NCBI GenBank assembly: GCA_036555645.1 | Contig: DATBLA010000040.1 | Coordinates: 3,839-67,838, forward strand | Direction of reading: 5' to 3' | Length of the DNA stretch: 64,000 bases | DNA from: Actinomycetota bacterium | GTDB lineage: Bacteria; Actinomycetota; UBA4738; HRBIN12 | In this document: positions 45,216 through 57,577 of the stretch, piece after piece | Layout: the number at the start of each line of letters is the position of its first letter | How positions within the stretch are numbered: the stretch's first letter is position 1 | Position numbers and translations under genes: made by a program | The notes under the pieces: model-generated | Database searches by the model: none | Seen by the model: only the letters and a program-made list of their open reading frames with translations | What the model was told of the DNA's origin: nothing

Positions 45216-46298
45216 TCAGCTCGGGCGCTCGCCCTCCGCCGGAGCGCCGAGCGGCGGGAGCGCCCGGGATCGCCTGGAGAACCGGTGCGTGACGAACCAC
45301 TTCAGCTCCGCCCAGAGCCGACCCGGCTGCGCGCGGATCGTTCGCACGATCGCCTCCGGGACGAGCACGGCCTTGACGTGGAACGGAGCCGGCGACCGTG
45401 CGACGGCGCCGGCGAGCTCGCCCATGTAGCGCCACACCCACATCGGCGTTCGCTCGGCGTTGCGCGGATCGGCCAGCGACGTTCGCGCCGCGGACACGAG
45501 CCCGCCCCGTCCATGGGAGCGGGCACTCGCGCCGTCGCCGTTCGCGTTGACCGCGAACGTGTCTCCGCCGCGTCGATTCACGAAGCAGAAGAGCAGCGGC
45601 TCGCGGATGCGCCGCCACGGCCCGATCAGGATCAGCTCCGTCCACAGGACCCGGCTCGCGCTCAGCCCGGACGAGCAGAGCCGGGTCGTTCGAAGCGCGC
45701 TGGCGCGGATCAGCCCGAAGGCCGGCGGCGTGCCGTGGAACGTCCGCAGCCAGCGGTGGCCACGCCGCAGGGCCGAGGACGATCCGTAGTCGGGCATCGT
45801 CGCCTCGGCCACCGGAGCCCCGTCCGCGTCGACGAAGACCGTGTCGGCGTAGGCGATGACGGCATCCGGATCCGCATCGAGCTCGGCGATGCAGCGTTCG
45901 AGGAACGTCGGCGCGCACCAGTCGTCATGCGCCGCCCACTTGAAGTACTCGGCCGACGAGAGCTCGAAGGCCTGATTGAAGTTCCTGGAGATGCCGATGT
46001 TCACCGGGTTGCGGACGTAGCGGATCCTGGAGTCGCGTTCCGCGTACGCCCGGCAGATCTCCCCCGTCGCGTCCTCGGAGGCGTTGTCGCTGATGACGAT
46101 CTCAATGTCCTGGACGGTCTGGGCGAGGAAGGAATCGAGCGCGCGAGCCACGGTGTCCTCGGCGTTGTAGACCGGCATCCCGATGCTCACCCGAGGGGCG
46201 CGGCGCTGGGTGGCCGCCGACCCATCCGGCGATGGCTCGACGGACGGCGCGCCCCGGGAGGGCGACATCGGCTCCTCGGCCTCGAGCTCGCTCTTCAT
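45216..46298 (-). CDS. Family 2 glycosyltransferase. Start at MKSELEA or at MSPSRG, 30 nt downstream
   Basis: VSIGMPVYNAEDTVARALDSFLAQTVQDIEIVISDNASEDATGEI, DxD-like AAHDD. The ORF-track start 46682 is an Arg-rich extension. Confidence 0.75.
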   Translation of the reverse strand: MKSELEAEEPMSPSRGAPSVEPSPDGSAATQRRAPRVSIGMPVYNAEDTVARALDSFLAQTVQDIEIVISDNASEDATGEICRAYAERDSRIRYVRNPVNIGISRNFNQAFELSSAEYFKWAAHDDWCAPTFLERCIAELDADPDAVIAYADTVFVDADGAPVAEATMPDYGSSSALRRGHRWLRTFHGTPPAFGLIRASALRTTRLCSSGLSASRVLWTELILIGPWRRIREPLLFCFVNRRGGDTFAVNANGDGASARSHGRGGLVSAARTSLADPRNAERTPMWVWRYMGELAGAVARSPAPFHVKAVLVPEAIVRTIRAQPGRLWAELKWFVTHRFSRRSRALPPLGAPAEGERPS

Positions 46299-46513
46299 GC
46301 AGCCATCCAATGCGCGAGGAGGGCGCCAACGAGACCCCCGATCGCCCGAGCCGGCCCGTACCGCCGTTGGCCTACAGCGCGGCCCATGTTCCGCCCACCC
46401 ACCAGAGGTGTCATACGGAATCCTACGTATCTTGGCTACCCCAGGGCCATCGGCCGTTCCCCGGCGATTCATCCCCCGGGCCGCCGGAACGGGCGGACCG
46501 TAGCATCTGATCC

Positions 46514-47182
46514 GTGGACCGCGCTCGGGCCTTCCTCTTCGACCTGGACGGGACGCTGGTCGATAGCGTCTACCAGCACGTTCTCGCCTGGCAGGAGGCG
46601 TTGGACCGGTGCGGGATCGAGCTGTCCGTCTGGCGGATCCACCGCAAGGTCGGGATGAGCGGGGGCCTGTTCGCGAACGCACTCCTCCGCGAGACCGGAC
46701 GCGAGGTGAGCCAGACCCAGGCCTCCGAGCTCCGGCGGCTCCACGCCGAGGCCTACGCCCAGCGGACCGACCGCGTCCGGCTCCTGCCGGGGGCGCGCGA
46801 GCTCCTGGACCATCTCTCCCGGATCGGCGAGCCCTGGGCGATCGCGACCAGCGGCTACCGCGAGTCGGCCGAACCCGTGCTCGCCCTCCTGGAGATCTCG
46901 CCGACCGTGCCCGTCATCACCCGCGATCTCGTCGAGCGCGCCAAGCCCGACCCCGACCTGTTCCTCGCGGCGGCCGAGGCGCTCGGGATCGCGATCGAGG
47001 ACTGCGTCGTCGTCGGGGACAGCGTCTGGGACCTGCTCGCGGCCCGCAGGGCTCGCGCCCTCGGGGTCGGAGTCCTCTCGGGCGGGTACGGGCAGGAGGA
47101 GCTCGAGCGTGCCGGCGCCTACCGCGTGTACGCCGACCCGGCCGACCTCCTCCGGCACCTCGACGAGGTCGGCATCCGCTAG
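46514..47182 (+). CDS. HAD-superfamily hydrolase (beta-PGM/phosphatase-like subfamily IA)
   Basis: Motif I FLFDLDGTLVDS, motif II ATSG, motifs III/IV K...VVGDSVWDL. 222 aa. Confidence 0.8.
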   Translation: MDRARAFLFDLDGTLVDSVYQHVLAWQEALDRCGIELSVWRIHRKVGMSGGLFANALLRETGREVSQTQASELRRLHAEAYAQRTDRVRLLPGARELLDHLSRIGEPWAIATSGYRESAEPVLALLEISPTVPVITRDLVERAKPDPDLFLAAAEALGIAIEDCVVVGDSVWDLLAARRARALGVGVLSGGYGQEELERAGAYRVYADPADLLRHLDEVGIR

Positions 47183-47201
47183 CCGCGGTGAGAGGCGCCT
47201 C

Positions 47202-49235
47202 CTAGGCGGCCCGGCCCAGGTACCGGCGCCCGCTGAGGAACGCGAGCCCGTACAGCGCCGCCACGACCACGAGCAGGGATCGGTACCCGGACACGAGGGA
47301 GGCGTACTCGAGGGTGCCGCCGACCATGGCGCCGAGGAGGTTCGCGCCGAACGCCACCGTCGGGCGCTCGACGATCTGGAAGCGCTCGGCGAACACGAGG
47401 TTCGCGCAGAAGACCGGGGCGAACGCGAGCGCCACCGCGGCCGCGAACCTCGGCCCGACGGAGAGCTCGAGCAGCGCGCTCGCCGGGATCGCGTACGCGA
47501 CCGCGAGCGCCCCGGCGAGGATCGCGTACAGCGCCACGGGGTTCGGCCGAGCGCGCTTGGCCACCTCGATCGCGAGCAGGACCGACAGGAGGATGCCGGC
47601 GAACACGAGGGCGTTCACGAACCAGGTCGTCCCGAACAGGAGCGCGAACTGCACGACGCTCTTCGTCTCGAGCAGCAGGAAGGCCGCCCCCATGAAGAAC
47701 AGATCGAGGCAGGAGCGCATCGCCCGGAACGGGCCCGACACGATCCGAACCGCGACGGCCGACGCCGCGAGGATGAGGGCGACCGTGAGCAGATACAGCG
47801 ACGGCACCGCGGCCTCGCGCAGGTACACGAACGGGCGGTCGTCGGTCGCCGGCTCGACGGGGGTGCCGGACGCGGAGGTCCACAGGCTCGGGCACGCGAT
47901 TCCGTCCGGCTCGAGGCCGATCGTGATGAGGGCGAGGAAGCCGACCTGGCGCGTGGAGTCGAAGCACGGACGGTGCCCGTAGACCTCGTCGACCGTGTTC
48001 GCGAGGCGATCGGCGAGCCACGGGTAGCGGTAGTAGTTGTACATCGCGAAGACGCCGCCCGGCGCCAGGTGCTCGCGCGCCTCCTCCATCGCCTCGCGCG
48101 TGAAGAGATAGCTCTCGAGCCGAACCGAGGACTGTCCGGACACGAGCGTGAGCGAGTCGGTGAGGGCGAAGACGATGAGGTCGTATCGCGCATCGGTTCG
48201 GTGCAGGAACGCCCGGCCGTCGTCCACGACGACGCGGACCCGCGGATCGTCGTACGGACGCTCGGGATGCAGATCGCGTCCCAGCTCGGCCAGGCGCGGG
48301 TCGATCTCGACGGCGTCCACGTGCGAGGCCCCCGCCGCGAGCGCGATCGCCACGTCCGTCCCGGTGCCGGCGCCGACGACGAGCACGCGCTCGGGTGGCA
48401 CGACCATCCGTTCGTACGGGACGAAGTACGTCGGCTCCGCTTCGCGTCGCGCCTCGAGCGTCGTGATCGTCTGATGCGGGATGCCGTTCACGTTCACGAG
48501 CACGCCCGCGTCGTCGGCCTGCCACGTGATCCGGTAGTACGGCGACCAGGCGGCTTCGCCGAACGCGTCGCCTGCGAACGTGAAGGCGAACAGCCCGAGG
48601 GCGATCGCGTGGACGAGGGAGAACCTCGGCCACAGCAGCGTCGCGAAGGCTCCGACGATGACGATGCCCCACACGGCCGGAGGCGCCCCCAGGAGGGAGA
48701 GCGCTCCGAACGTGGCGACGCCGGTCACGCTCCCGAGGATGTCGAGGCGATAGGCCTCGAGCGCCGGGAACCGCTCGAACAGGCTCGCGACGCCCTGGGC
48801 CACGGCGGCCATCGTCGCCGCGACCGCCGCGAACACGACCGGCATCGAGACCCAGATCGGGAGCCCGCTCGCCCGGTAGCTCCCGAAGAAGATCACGTCG
48901 CTCCCCGTCCGGTCGATCGTCACGGGGAAGAACGCGGACAGCGCCATGACGCCGGCGAGCAGGAGGGGCGACCAGCGGAACCAGCCCGAGCGGCCGCCCC
49001 GCAGGAAGCCGATCCCGATGCCGAGGAAGGAGCCGAGCAGGACGAAGTTCGAGAAGAACGAGAGGTAGGCGACGTTCGCGCCGAGCCAGCGGATGAGGAC
49101 GAGCTCGACGAAGAGCATGAGGAAGCTGGCCAGGAACAGCCGCCGCCGGTCGCCCGCCCGGCCGGCTTCGATCCCCGGTTCGGGGACCGCCCCCCCGGCG
49201 GTGTCCTCGGCGCGCGCGAGATCGCTCAGTCGCAT
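47202..49235 (-). CDS. Polytopic membrane protein with embedded spermidine-synthase-like (polyamine aminopropyltransferase fold) domain
   Basis: Many TMs at both ends. Central VLVVGAGTGTDVAIALAAGASHVDAVEIDPRLAELGR...YDLIVFALTD class I MTase / spermidine-synthase-like block. 677 aa from MRLSDLARAE. The ORF-track entry runs to 50099. Confidence 0.7.
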   Translation of the reverse strand: MRLSDLARAEDTAGGAVPEPGIEAGRAGDRRRLFLASFLMLFVELVLIRWLGANVAYLSFFSNFVLLGSFLGIGIGFLRGGRSGWFRWSPLLLAGVMALSAFFPVTIDRTGSDVIFFGSYRASGLPIWVSMPVVFAAVAATMAAVAQGVASLFERFPALEAYRLDILGSVTGVATFGALSLLGAPPAVWGIVIVGAFATLLWPRFSLVHAIALGLFAFTFAGDAFGEAAWSPYYRITWQADDAGVLVNVNGIPHQTITTLEARREAEPTYFVPYERMVVPPERVLVVGAGTGTDVAIALAAGASHVDAVEIDPRLAELGRDLHPERPYDDPRVRVVVDDGRAFLHRTDARYDLIVFALTDSLTLVSGQSSVRLESYLFTREAMEEAREHLAPGGVFAMYNYYRYPWLADRLANTVDEVYGHRPCFDSTRQVGFLALITIGLEPDGIACPSLWTSASGTPVEPATDDRPFVYLREAAVPSLYLLTVALILAASAVAVRIVSGPFRAMRSCLDLFFMGAAFLLLETKSVVQFALLFGTTWFVNALVFAGILLSVLLAIEVAKRARPNPVALYAILAGALAVAYAIPASALLELSVGPRFAAAVALAFAPVFCANLVFAERFQIVERPTVAFGANLLGAMVGGTLEYASLVSGYRSLLVVVAALYGLAFLSGRRYLGRAA

Positions 49236-49328
49236 CGCCAGGAAGACCAACGACGCCCGGCCGGCGATCCTTGAGCCCGGATCGAACGCAGGGGCTAATT
49301 TGGGGCTCCCAAAGCAGAGGAGCGCCCC

Positions 49329-49910
49329 GTGGGCAACGTCGTCATGTACGGCTCGGTATCGGTGGACGGCTTTATCGCGGACGAGAACGACCAGCCCGGC
49401 CCATTGTTCGACTGGTTGTCCAACGGTGACGTCCCGTTGGACGAGACCGGGCAGATCAAGGTGTCGCAGGTGTCCTACGAGTACACGCGGGCGTACTGGG
49501 ACCAGATCGGAGTGACGATCGTCGGCCGCCGCGTCTTCGACATGACGGACGGCTGGGGCGGCACGCCGCCGAGCGGGATCGACCACGTCGTCGTCGTGTC
49601 GCACCGGCCGGCGCCCGAGGGCTGGCGCCGCGAGGCGCCGTTTCAGTTCGTCGATGGCGTCGAGGCGGCCGTGGCCAAAGCGCAGGAGCTTGCGGGTGAC
49701 CGCGTGGTCGAGGTCGCCGCCGGCGACGTCGGTGGCCAGGTGCTCGCCGCGGGCCTGATCGACGAGGTGCGCATGGACGTCGCACCCGTCGTGTTCGGGT
49801 CCGGCACGCGCTACTTCGGGTCGGTCCACGCGCAACACCTGCTGGAGGATCCTGACGAGGTGATTCAGGGCGACCGGGTGCTTCACCTGCGCTACCGGGT
49901 GCGCCGTTGA
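49329..49910 (+). CDS. RibD C-terminal-domain / dihydrofolate-reductase-like reductase
   Basis: MGNVVMYGSVSVDGFIADEN...GRRVFD...VVVVSH...VVEVAAGDVGGQVLAAGLIDEVRMDVAPVVFGSG; the RibD_C pattern. 193 aa. Confidence 0.75.
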   Translation: MGNVVMYGSVSVDGFIADENDQPGPLFDWLSNGDVPLDETGQIKVSQVSYEYTRAYWDQIGVTIVGRRVFDMTDGWGGTPPSGIDHVVVVSHRPAPEGWRREAPFQFVDGVEAAVAKAQELAGDRVVEVAAGDVGGQVLAAGLIDEVRMDVAPVVFGSGTRYFGSVHAQHLLEDPDEVIQGDRVLHLRYRVRR

Positions 49911-50056
49911 TCGATCCAAGCGGGTACGCGAAGAACATCCACTGCGACCGGGAGACGAGATCGTCTTCCCGGTGGTTGGGAACGCTGAGGGGATTTCGCC
50001 TGCCGGGACGACCGCTCGACTCGACAAGGGTCGGGTGTTGGCGCTCGTCGTTGGTT

Positions 50057-50115
50057 GTGTCGGAGGGGGGATGTGAACCCCCACGGCCCATAAGGCCACT
50101 AGGCCCTCAACCTAG
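50057..50115 (-). repeat. 59-bp duplicate of the 3' half of tRNA-Leu(GAG) (anticodon stem to acceptor end). Putative attachment-site scar
   Basis: gtgtcggaggggggatGtgaacccccacggcccataaggccactaggccctcaacctag is identical except for one base to 52074..52132. Lacks the 5' acceptor/D-arm half, so it is not a functional tRNA. Confidence 0.7.
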
Positions 50116-50345
50116 GAACCGCGTTCGATCCCGTTCCGTCTAGTGTGTGCCCGCAGGTCACGTGGGCTCCGAGTTCGGTCTCGTGTGTCGGGTTCGGTCC
50201 GGATTGGCAGAACGGATGGCAGAACACGAGGAACCGAATTGCGACAAGGACAGCGAAGAACGTGGCGATGGGCGCCTGCCCACACGGCCACGACACTCAA
50301 GCAACGAGACCAGCCATCATCAGATCGAAGGACCGCGCGAAACAC

Positions 50346-51773
<1,428 letters not shown>

Positions 51774-52074
51774 CTATGAGCCTGATGTGCCCATCGTGAC
51801 GCGTTGATCGCCCCAATCTGCTTGCCCGAGGGTTCGTCTACCTTGGCACCCGAGCTTCGGCGCGACGGCCGGCACCGTGGCAGGGTTGTCGCACTCGACG
51901 GGCCCGTCACGCACACGCGTTGCCCATGGCTGGGAGCTCGGAGGTGTGGCACCGTCCATCTCGCCCGCCCGGTTGGTTTGCCTGGCGGAGACAAGCTAGT
52001 CCTCGAGCCCCGAGTGGACAAACCCACGAGGACGCGTGGGCACATCCGGCCACTGCCCCGACATATCTCGCTCG

Positions 52075-52160
52075 TGTCGGAGGGGGGATTTGAACCCCCA
52101 CGGCCCATAAGGCCACTAGGCCCTCAACCTAGCGCGTCTACCAAGTTCCGCCACTCCGAC
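52075..52160 (-). tRNA. tRNA-Leu (anticodon GAG), class II with long variable arm
   Basis: Reverse complement folds as acceptor GTCGGAG/CTCCGAC, D-arm, anticodon stem CTAGG-loop TTGAGGG-CCTAG (anticodon GAG), long variable arm, T-arm GGGGGTTCAAATCCCCC. CCA is not encoded. Coordinates are hand-indexed, +/-2. Confidence 0.8.
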
Positions 52161-52200
52161 GAACGCGGGGGATTCTACCCAACGGAGGCTGGCGCTCCGG

Positions 52201-52425
52201 TCAGCTCCACTTCCAGGAGAGCCAGAAGGTCGACAGCCCGAAGACGACGGCCGTGACCACGGTGATCTTGTCGAGGCGGCGTTCGAGCGCCGTGCCTCCG
52301 GACAACGTGGAGGTGCCCCCGAACATGTCCGACAGGCCGCTCCCCTTTCCGGAGTGCAGCAGGATGAACACGATGAGGAACAGGCTCGAGAGCACGTTGA
52401 GGACGAGCGCGATCACGTTGGCCAT
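52201..52425 (-). CDS. secG: Preprotein translocase subunit SecG
   Basis: 74 aa, two TMs, conserved LLHSGKGSGLSDMFGG loop. Confidence 0.8.
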   Translation of the reverse strand: MANVIALVLNVLSSLFLIVFILLHSGKGSGLSDMFGGTSTLSGGTALERRLDKITVVTAVVFGLSTFWLSWKWS

Positions 52426-52435
52426 GGCGCCGAGT

Positions 52436-53503
52436 CTACCGGCTGCCGGCCGGTTCGGCCTCGATGATGGCCCGGTCCTCCAGGGGGAAGTGACAGGCCG
52501 CCACCTGGCCCGGGTGGTGGGGCTCGAGGGGTGGGTCCTCCTCGCTGCATCGTGGGAACTGCGCGTTCGGACACCTCGGGTGGAATCGGCACCCCGAAGG
52601 GGGGTCGATCGGGCTCGGGACGTCGCCCTCCAGGATGATCCGCCTCTTGCTGGCCGCCAGGTCGGGGTCCGGGATCGGCACCGCCGACAGCAGCGCGCCC
52701 GTGTACGGGTGCTTCGGGTTGCGGTAGAGCGTCTGGCCCGTGGCCATCTCGACGATCTTGCCGAGGTACATGACCGCCACGCGGTCCGAGACGTGTTTCA
52801 CGACCGACAGGTCGTGGGCGATGAACAGGTACGTGAGCCCGAGCTCCTCCTGGAGATCCTCGAGGAGGTTCAGGACCTGGGCCTGGATCGACACGTCGAG
52901 CGCGGAAACCGGCTCGTCGCAGACGATGACCTTCGGCTTCAGGGCGAGCGAGCGTGCCACTCCGATCCGCTGACGCTGCCCGCCGGAGAACTCGTGCGGG
53001 TAGCGGTTGTAGTGCTCGGGGTTCAGCCCGACGAGCTCCATGACGTTCTGGACCTCGCTCTTGATCTTGTTCCGTGGCACGACGTTGTGGAGCCGGAACG
53101 GCGTGCCGATGATCGCGCCGACGGTCTTCCTCGGGTTCAGCGACGCGAAGGGATCCTGGAAGATCATCTGCATCTCGCGGCGGAAGTCTCGGAGCTCGCG
53201 GCCGGTCGAGTGCGTGATGTCCCGCCCCTCGAACTCGATCGACCCCTCGGTCGGCTCGTACAGCCGCATGATGACGCGCGCGAGCGTGGACTTGCCGCAC
53301 CCGGTCTCGCCGACGAGTCCGAGGGTCTCGCCCTTGTAGATGTCCAGGTCGACGCCGTCGACGGCGTGGACGTTGCCGACGCGCTTTTGGAACAGGATCC
53401 CGCGTGTGATCGGGAACAGCTTGCGCAGGCCCCGGATGCGGATGAGAGGGGTCTCTTCGGGCTCGGGCTTCGGCTCCGCGCGCTCGGTGACCTCGACGCT
53501 CAT
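52436..53503 (-). CDS. Peptide ABC transporter ATP-binding protein (OppF/DppF-like)
   Basis: Walker [10 protein letters not shown], signature FSGGQRQR, Walker [14 protein letters not shown]-terminal oligopeptide-transporter CxxC/His extension. ATGA overlap with the upstream ATPase gene. Confidence 0.85.
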   Translation of the reverse strand: MSVEVTERAEPKPEPEETPLIRIRGLRKLFPITRGILFQKRVGNVHAVDGVDLDIYKGETLGLVGETGCGKSTLARVIMRLYEPTEGSIEFEGRDITHSTGRELRDFRREMQMIFQDPFASLNPRKTVGAIIGTPFRLHNVVPRNKIKSEVQNVMELVGLNPEHYNRYPHEFSGGQRQRIGVARSLALKPKVIVCDEPVSALDVSIQAQVLNLLEDLQEELGLTYLFIAHDLSVVKHVSDRVAVMYLGKIVEMATGQTLYRNPKHPYTGALLSAVPIPDPDLAASKRRIILEGDVPSPIDPPSGCRFHPRCPNAQFPRCSEEDPPLEPHHPGQVAACHFPLEDRAIIEAEPAGSR

Positions 53504-54519
53504 GTCCGCGCCATCACCTCCTCGTGGAAGATGCGCTCCTTGTCCGCCAGCGAGAGGTGACATCGGGAGGCATGGTGCCCGTCGGCGGGCAGGAGCTCGG
53601 GCACCTCGGTCCGGCAGCGCTCGAACACGTGCGGGCACCGCGGGTTGAACGCGCACCCCTGGGGCACGAAGATCAGGCTCGGCGGCAGGCCCTGGATCGG
53701 CACGAGCCGCTCCTTGTCGACCGCCGCCTCGTCCAGGCGCGGGATCGAACGCAGCAGCCCCCACGTGTACGGGTGGTGCGCGTTGTAGTAGATGTCCCGG
53801 CGATCGCCGGCCTCGACGATCTTGCCGGCGTACATGACCTGGATGTGGTCGCAGTGCTCGGCGACGACGCCGAGGTCGTGCGTGATGATGATGACCGCCG
53901 CGTTGAACTCCTCCTTCAAGCGGTCGAGCAGGTCGAGGATCTGGGCCTGCACCGTCACGTCGAGGGCCGTCGTGGGCTCGTCGGCGATGAGGAGATCGGG
54001 GTTCAGCGACAGGGCCATCGCGATCATCGCCCGCTGGCGCATCCCGCCGGAGAACTCGTGCGGGTACTGGTCGGCGCGGTCGTCCGGCCGGGGGATGCCG
54101 ACACGGCGCAGCATCTCGACCGCCTGCTCGTGGGCCTCTCGCTTCGAGACCTTCTGGTGGGTTCGAACCGCCTCGGCGATCTGGTCCCCGACCTTGTAGT
54201 ACGGATGGAGCGAGGTCATGGGGTCCTGGAAGATCATCGAGATCTTCTCGCCGCGCACCGTGCGCATCTCGTCGCCGGGCATCGTCACGAGGTCCTGCCC
54301 CTGGAAGAGGATCTCGCCCTCGATCTGGGCCTGCTGCCGGGTGATGAGCCCCATGACCGTGAGGAACCCGACGCTCTTGCCCGACCCGGACTCGCCCACC
54401 ACGCCGAGCGTCTCGCCCGGCTGCACGGTGAACGAGATGCCGTCGACGGCCTTCACGATGCCGTCGTCGGTGGGGAAGTGCACCTTGAGGTCCTTGACCT
54501 CGAGGAGCGGTTCCGCCAC
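53500..54519 (-). CDS. Peptide ABC transporter ATP-binding protein (OppD/DppD-like)
   Basis: [30 protein letters not shown]-terminal Cys/His-rich Opp tail. GTG start 1 nt into the upstream stop. The ORF-track entry is extended to 55266. Confidence 0.85.
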   Translation of the reverse strand: MAEPLLEVKDLKVHFPTDDGIVKAVDGISFTVQPGETLGVVGESGSGKSVGFLTVMGLITRQQAQIEGEILFQGQDLVTMPGDEMRTVRGEKISMIFQDPMTSLHPYYKVGDQIAEAVRTHQKVSKREAHEQAVEMLRRVGIPRPDDRADQYPHEFSGGMRQRAMIAMALSLNPDLLIADEPTTALDVTVQAQILDLLDRLKEEFNAAVIIITHDLGVVAEHCDHIQVMYAGKIVEAGDRRDIYYNAHHPYTWGLLRSIPRLDEAAVDKERLVPIQGLPPSLIFVPQGCAFNPRCPHVFERCRTEVPELLPADGHHASRCHLSLADKERIFHEEVMART

Positions 54520-55490
54520 TACGTGTACCTCACGCGCGGATCGAGGAACGCGTAGGCCACATCCACGAGGAGGTTCGCGAGCGCGATGAAGAACGCGCCG
54601 AAGATCGTCACCCCCATGACGGAGGGGAAGTCCTGGTTGAAGATCGCGTTCACCGCGTACTGGCCGACCCCCGGGAGGTTGAACACGGTCTCGGTGATGA
54701 ACGCCCCGCCGAGCAGTCCGGCGAGGTCGAGCCCGAACATCGTCACGACCGGGGTCAACGCGGCGCGAAGCCCGTGGCGGTAGATCACCCGCTTCTCGGA
54801 CAGGCCCTTGGCTCGCGCCGTGCGGATGTAGTCCTCCCCCATCGTCTCGATGAGGTTGCCTCGGACCATCCGCGCGTAGAACGCGGCGAACGTGAGCGAC
54901 AGCACCATCCACGGCAGGATGAACCGACCCTGGAGCACGGCCTCCATGACCGAGGTGCCGATCGGGATCCCCGACGGCGGCGCCCACTCTAACTTGAACC
55001 AGAAGATGTACAGGAACAGGTACGCGAGCCAGAACACCGGCGCCGAGACGCCGATCAGGGCGAAGATCATCGCGCCCCGGTCCCAGATGCTGCGCCTTCG
55101 AACCGCCGAGATGATGCCGATCGGGATCCCGATGAGCAGCCACAGCGTGGCCGCGCCGATCGCGAGCGCCAGCGTCACCGGAAGGCGCCCGAAGATCTCC
55201 TCCTTCACGGGGACGAAGTTCGCGTACGAGAAGTACACGTCCTCGTTGAGGAACAGCCCGGGCCACGGCACGAGGCCCTTGGCGAACCGGGCGTACTGGA
55301 CGTACAGCGGCCGGTCGAGCCCGAACGCGTGCCTGGCGGCCTCGACGTTCTCGGGACTCGTGGCCCGGCCCACCGCGCGGCGGGCGGGATCGGCCGCCGG
55401 GAGCTTCACGAAGATGATGAACGTGATGAGCGAGACGATGAACAGCACCAGGATCATGAACAGCGTCCGCCGGATCAGGTATCTGCCCAT
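54519..55490 (-). CDS. Peptide ABC transporter permease (DppB/OppB-type)
   Basis: [27 protein letters not shown]..., binding-protein-dependent transport EAA-like loop. 323 aa. Confidence 0.85.
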   Translation of the reverse strand: MGRYLIRRTLFMILVLFIVSLITFIIFVKLPAADPARRAVGRATSPENVEAARHAFGLDRPLYVQYARFAKGLVPWPGLFLNEDVYFSYANFVPVKEEIFGRLPVTLALAIGAATLWLLIGIPIGIISAVRRRSIWDRGAMIFALIGVSAPVFWLAYLFLYIFWFKLEWAPPSGIPIGTSVMEAVLQGRFILPWMVLSLTFAAFYARMVRGNLIETMGEDYIRTARAKGLSEKRVIYRHGLRAALTPVVTMFGLDLAGLLGGAFITETVFNLPGVGQYAVNAIFNQDFPSVMGVTIFGAFFIALANLLVDVAYAFLDPRVRYT

Positions 55491-55579
55491 CGCGCCCCTC
55501 GGAGTCTACTCCTGTTGCGGATGGGGGCCGCTCGAGTGAGCGGCCCCCATCCTGCGTCCTGCCTCGTCCTTCCTCGCTC

Positions 55580-57469
55580 CTACTGCGCTTCCGGAGCGAT
55601 CGCCACGTGGTCCCAGGCCGCGAGGCCCGCGAACTGGTCGAACGAGTAGTTCACGATCCGCTGCGACGACACGTCGACGTTGTTGTCGAAGACGTACGGC
55701 GCCCACGGAACGATCTCCTCCATCAGGAGCACATCGAGGTCGGCCCACGCCTGGAACCTCGCATCACCGGTCTGCTGGTTGGCGGCGGTGATCTCCTCGT
55801 CCGCCGTCGGAACCTCGGTGATCTCGTAGCCGTTCTCCTCGAGCAGCTCGGGGCTGGCCCCCAGGAGCTGGTAGTTGCAGCAGCTCGGGAAGATCGCGGC
55901 CGAACCGAATAGCGGGTCCGCGAACGTGTACCCATCCGGGAAGTCCTTGCCCCACGCCGGAGCCAGGCAGATCGGCACCTGGTCGCTGGGCTGGTTGCAC
56001 TTCGCGTACATGGTCGTGCGCTCGAAGGACCTCACGTTGAACGTCAGGCCCAGCGGCTCCATGTTCTGCTGGATGAGCGCCGACTGGTCCGGGTACGGGT
56101 CCGCCTCGTCGGTCACGGCCAGGATGTTCGAGCACTCGGGCGCGTCGCACACCCCGTCCCCGTCGGTGTCGTACACCGACTGCGCCATCTCCGCCTGGGC
56201 GGCGGTCAGGTCACCGGCCGAGTTCGGCGTCTCGTACGGGTCGTAGTCGGCCAGGATGTTGTCCTGGAGCGAGTTCACCATGATGTGACCGGCGATCTCA
56301 CCGACCGACTCACCGCCTCGCAACGTCCGCATGCCGGCCTTGTCCAACGCGAGGTTGAAGGCCTTGCGCACGTGGATGTCGTCGAACGGCGGCATCGCGA
56401 GGTTGAACGACACGTACCGGACCGCGTCCGACGGGTTGATGTGCAGCAGCGGTGTCAGCGTCGGGTCGGTCGAGTACGTGCGAAGGACCGGCGGCGGCAC
56501 GATGCCGTCCACCACGAAGTCCAGCTCGCCCGCCTGGATCTTGTTGTACAGGTCGTTGTTGTCTCCGCCGATCGCGATGTTCATGCCGTCCACGTAGGCG
56601 GGACGCAACCCGTCGGTTGCCGGGTCGTAGTTCGGGTTCCGGACGAGCGTGATCGCCCGACCGGGGTCGTACCCGGCGACCGGGGTCTGCTCGTCGGCGG
56701 GAACCGAGAAGTCGAGGTTCTCCGCACCGGCGAACTGGTACGGGCCCGTGGCCACGAGGAACCGGCCGTAGTCCTCGGTGTGCCCTTCGGCGGCGCCGAG
56801 CCGAGCGTCACCGTTCGGCGGGATCGGAGCCGTCGCGGCCATCGCGAACAGGTACGGCAGGTATCCGGAGGCCGACGACAACGTGATGATGAGCGTGCTG
56901 TCGTCGGGCGTCTCGAGGCCGGAGATCGTGTCGGCGTCACCGGCGCCGAAGTCCTCGAAGCCCTCGATGATGTTGTAGTAGAAGTTGTAGCCACCCACCG
57001 AAGCGTCCGGATCGGCCGTGCGCTCGAGCGCGCGGACGATGTCCCCCGACGTCACCGACACGTCGCCGAACGGGTCTCCGTAGTTGACCCCGCTCTTCAG
57101 CGTGAACGTGTACGTCAGGCCGTCCGAGGAAACCTCGGGCAGGTCGGTCGCGATGTCGGGCTGCAGGTCGGCTCCGCCCTCAGCGGTCGGCGTCCCCGTG
57201 TACGACAGGAGCGTCCGGAGCAGGCAGCACCGGTAGTACTCCCACGTCACGGAGTAGTACTCCTTCTGCGGGTCGAACGCCGCGCTCACGTCGCCGAGCA
57301 TCGCCATCTCGAGCGTTCCGCCCGGCTGGATCTCGGCTCCCGTGGCGCCGGTGCCACTCGCACCCGTGCCGGTGGCACCCGTCTCCTCCCCGCCCTCGTC
57401 CCCGCCGCAAGCGGCGGCCACAAGCCCGAGGATGGCGACGAGCGCCAGTACCTTGAGATATCGCCTCAC
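55580..57469 (-). CDS. ABC transporter substrate-binding lipoprotein, family 5 (peptide/nickel type)
   Basis: GTG start preceded by GGAGAGGGGGG. Lipobox LVAAAC. ~630 aa SBP_bac_5-like. The ORF-track start 57559 adds 30 aa. Confidence 0.8.
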   Translation of the reverse strand: MRRYLKVLALVAILGLVAAACGGDEGGEETGATGTGASGTGATGAEIQPGGTLEMAMLGDVSAAFDPQKEYYSVTWEYYRCCLLRTLLSYTGTPTAEGGADLQPDIATDLPEVSSDGLTYTFTLKSGVNYGDPFGDVSVTSGDIVRALERTADPDASVGGYNFYYNIIEGFEDFGAGDADTISGLETPDDSTLIITLSSASGYLPYLFAMAATAPIPPNGDARLGAAEGHTEDYGRFLVATGPYQFAGAENLDFSVPADEQTPVAGYDPGRAITLVRNPNYDPATDGLRPAYVDGMNIAIGGDNNDLYNKIQAGELDFVVDGIVPPPVLRTYSTDPTLTPLLHINPSDAVRYVSFNLAMPPFDDIHVRKAFNLALDKAGMRTLRGGESVGEIAGHIMVNSLQDNILADYDPYETPNSAGDLTAAQAEMAQSVYDTDGDGVCDAPECSNILAVTDEADPYPDQSALIQQNMEPLGLTFNVRSFERTTMYAKCNQPSDQVPICLAPAWGKDFPDGYTFADPLFGSAAIFPSCCNYQLLGASPELLEENGYEITEVPTADEEITAANQQTGDARFQAWADLDVLLMEEIVPWAPYVFDNNVDVSSQRIVNYSFDQFAGLAAWDHVAIAPEAQ

Positions 57470-57577
57470 GTAACCCCCCTCTCCTCTGTACCGATCTTCT
57501 CCATGCCCGGGCTGAGCCCAGGCTCCATGACGGTTCCGCCCCCTCCTTTCCGGGACCAACCTCCTGACTAGATACGG

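Noticed and set aside
47109-49274. 721-aa plus ORF and 47179..48672(-) ORF
   Set aside because: Antisense or alternate frame of the spermidine-synthase-like membrane protein. Extremely Arg/Glu/Asp/Gly-rich.
50116-50345. Short direct repeat GGCAGAAC x2 and small ORFs between the tRNA fragment and GH1
   Set aside because: Too short and weak to call a regulatory element or gene.
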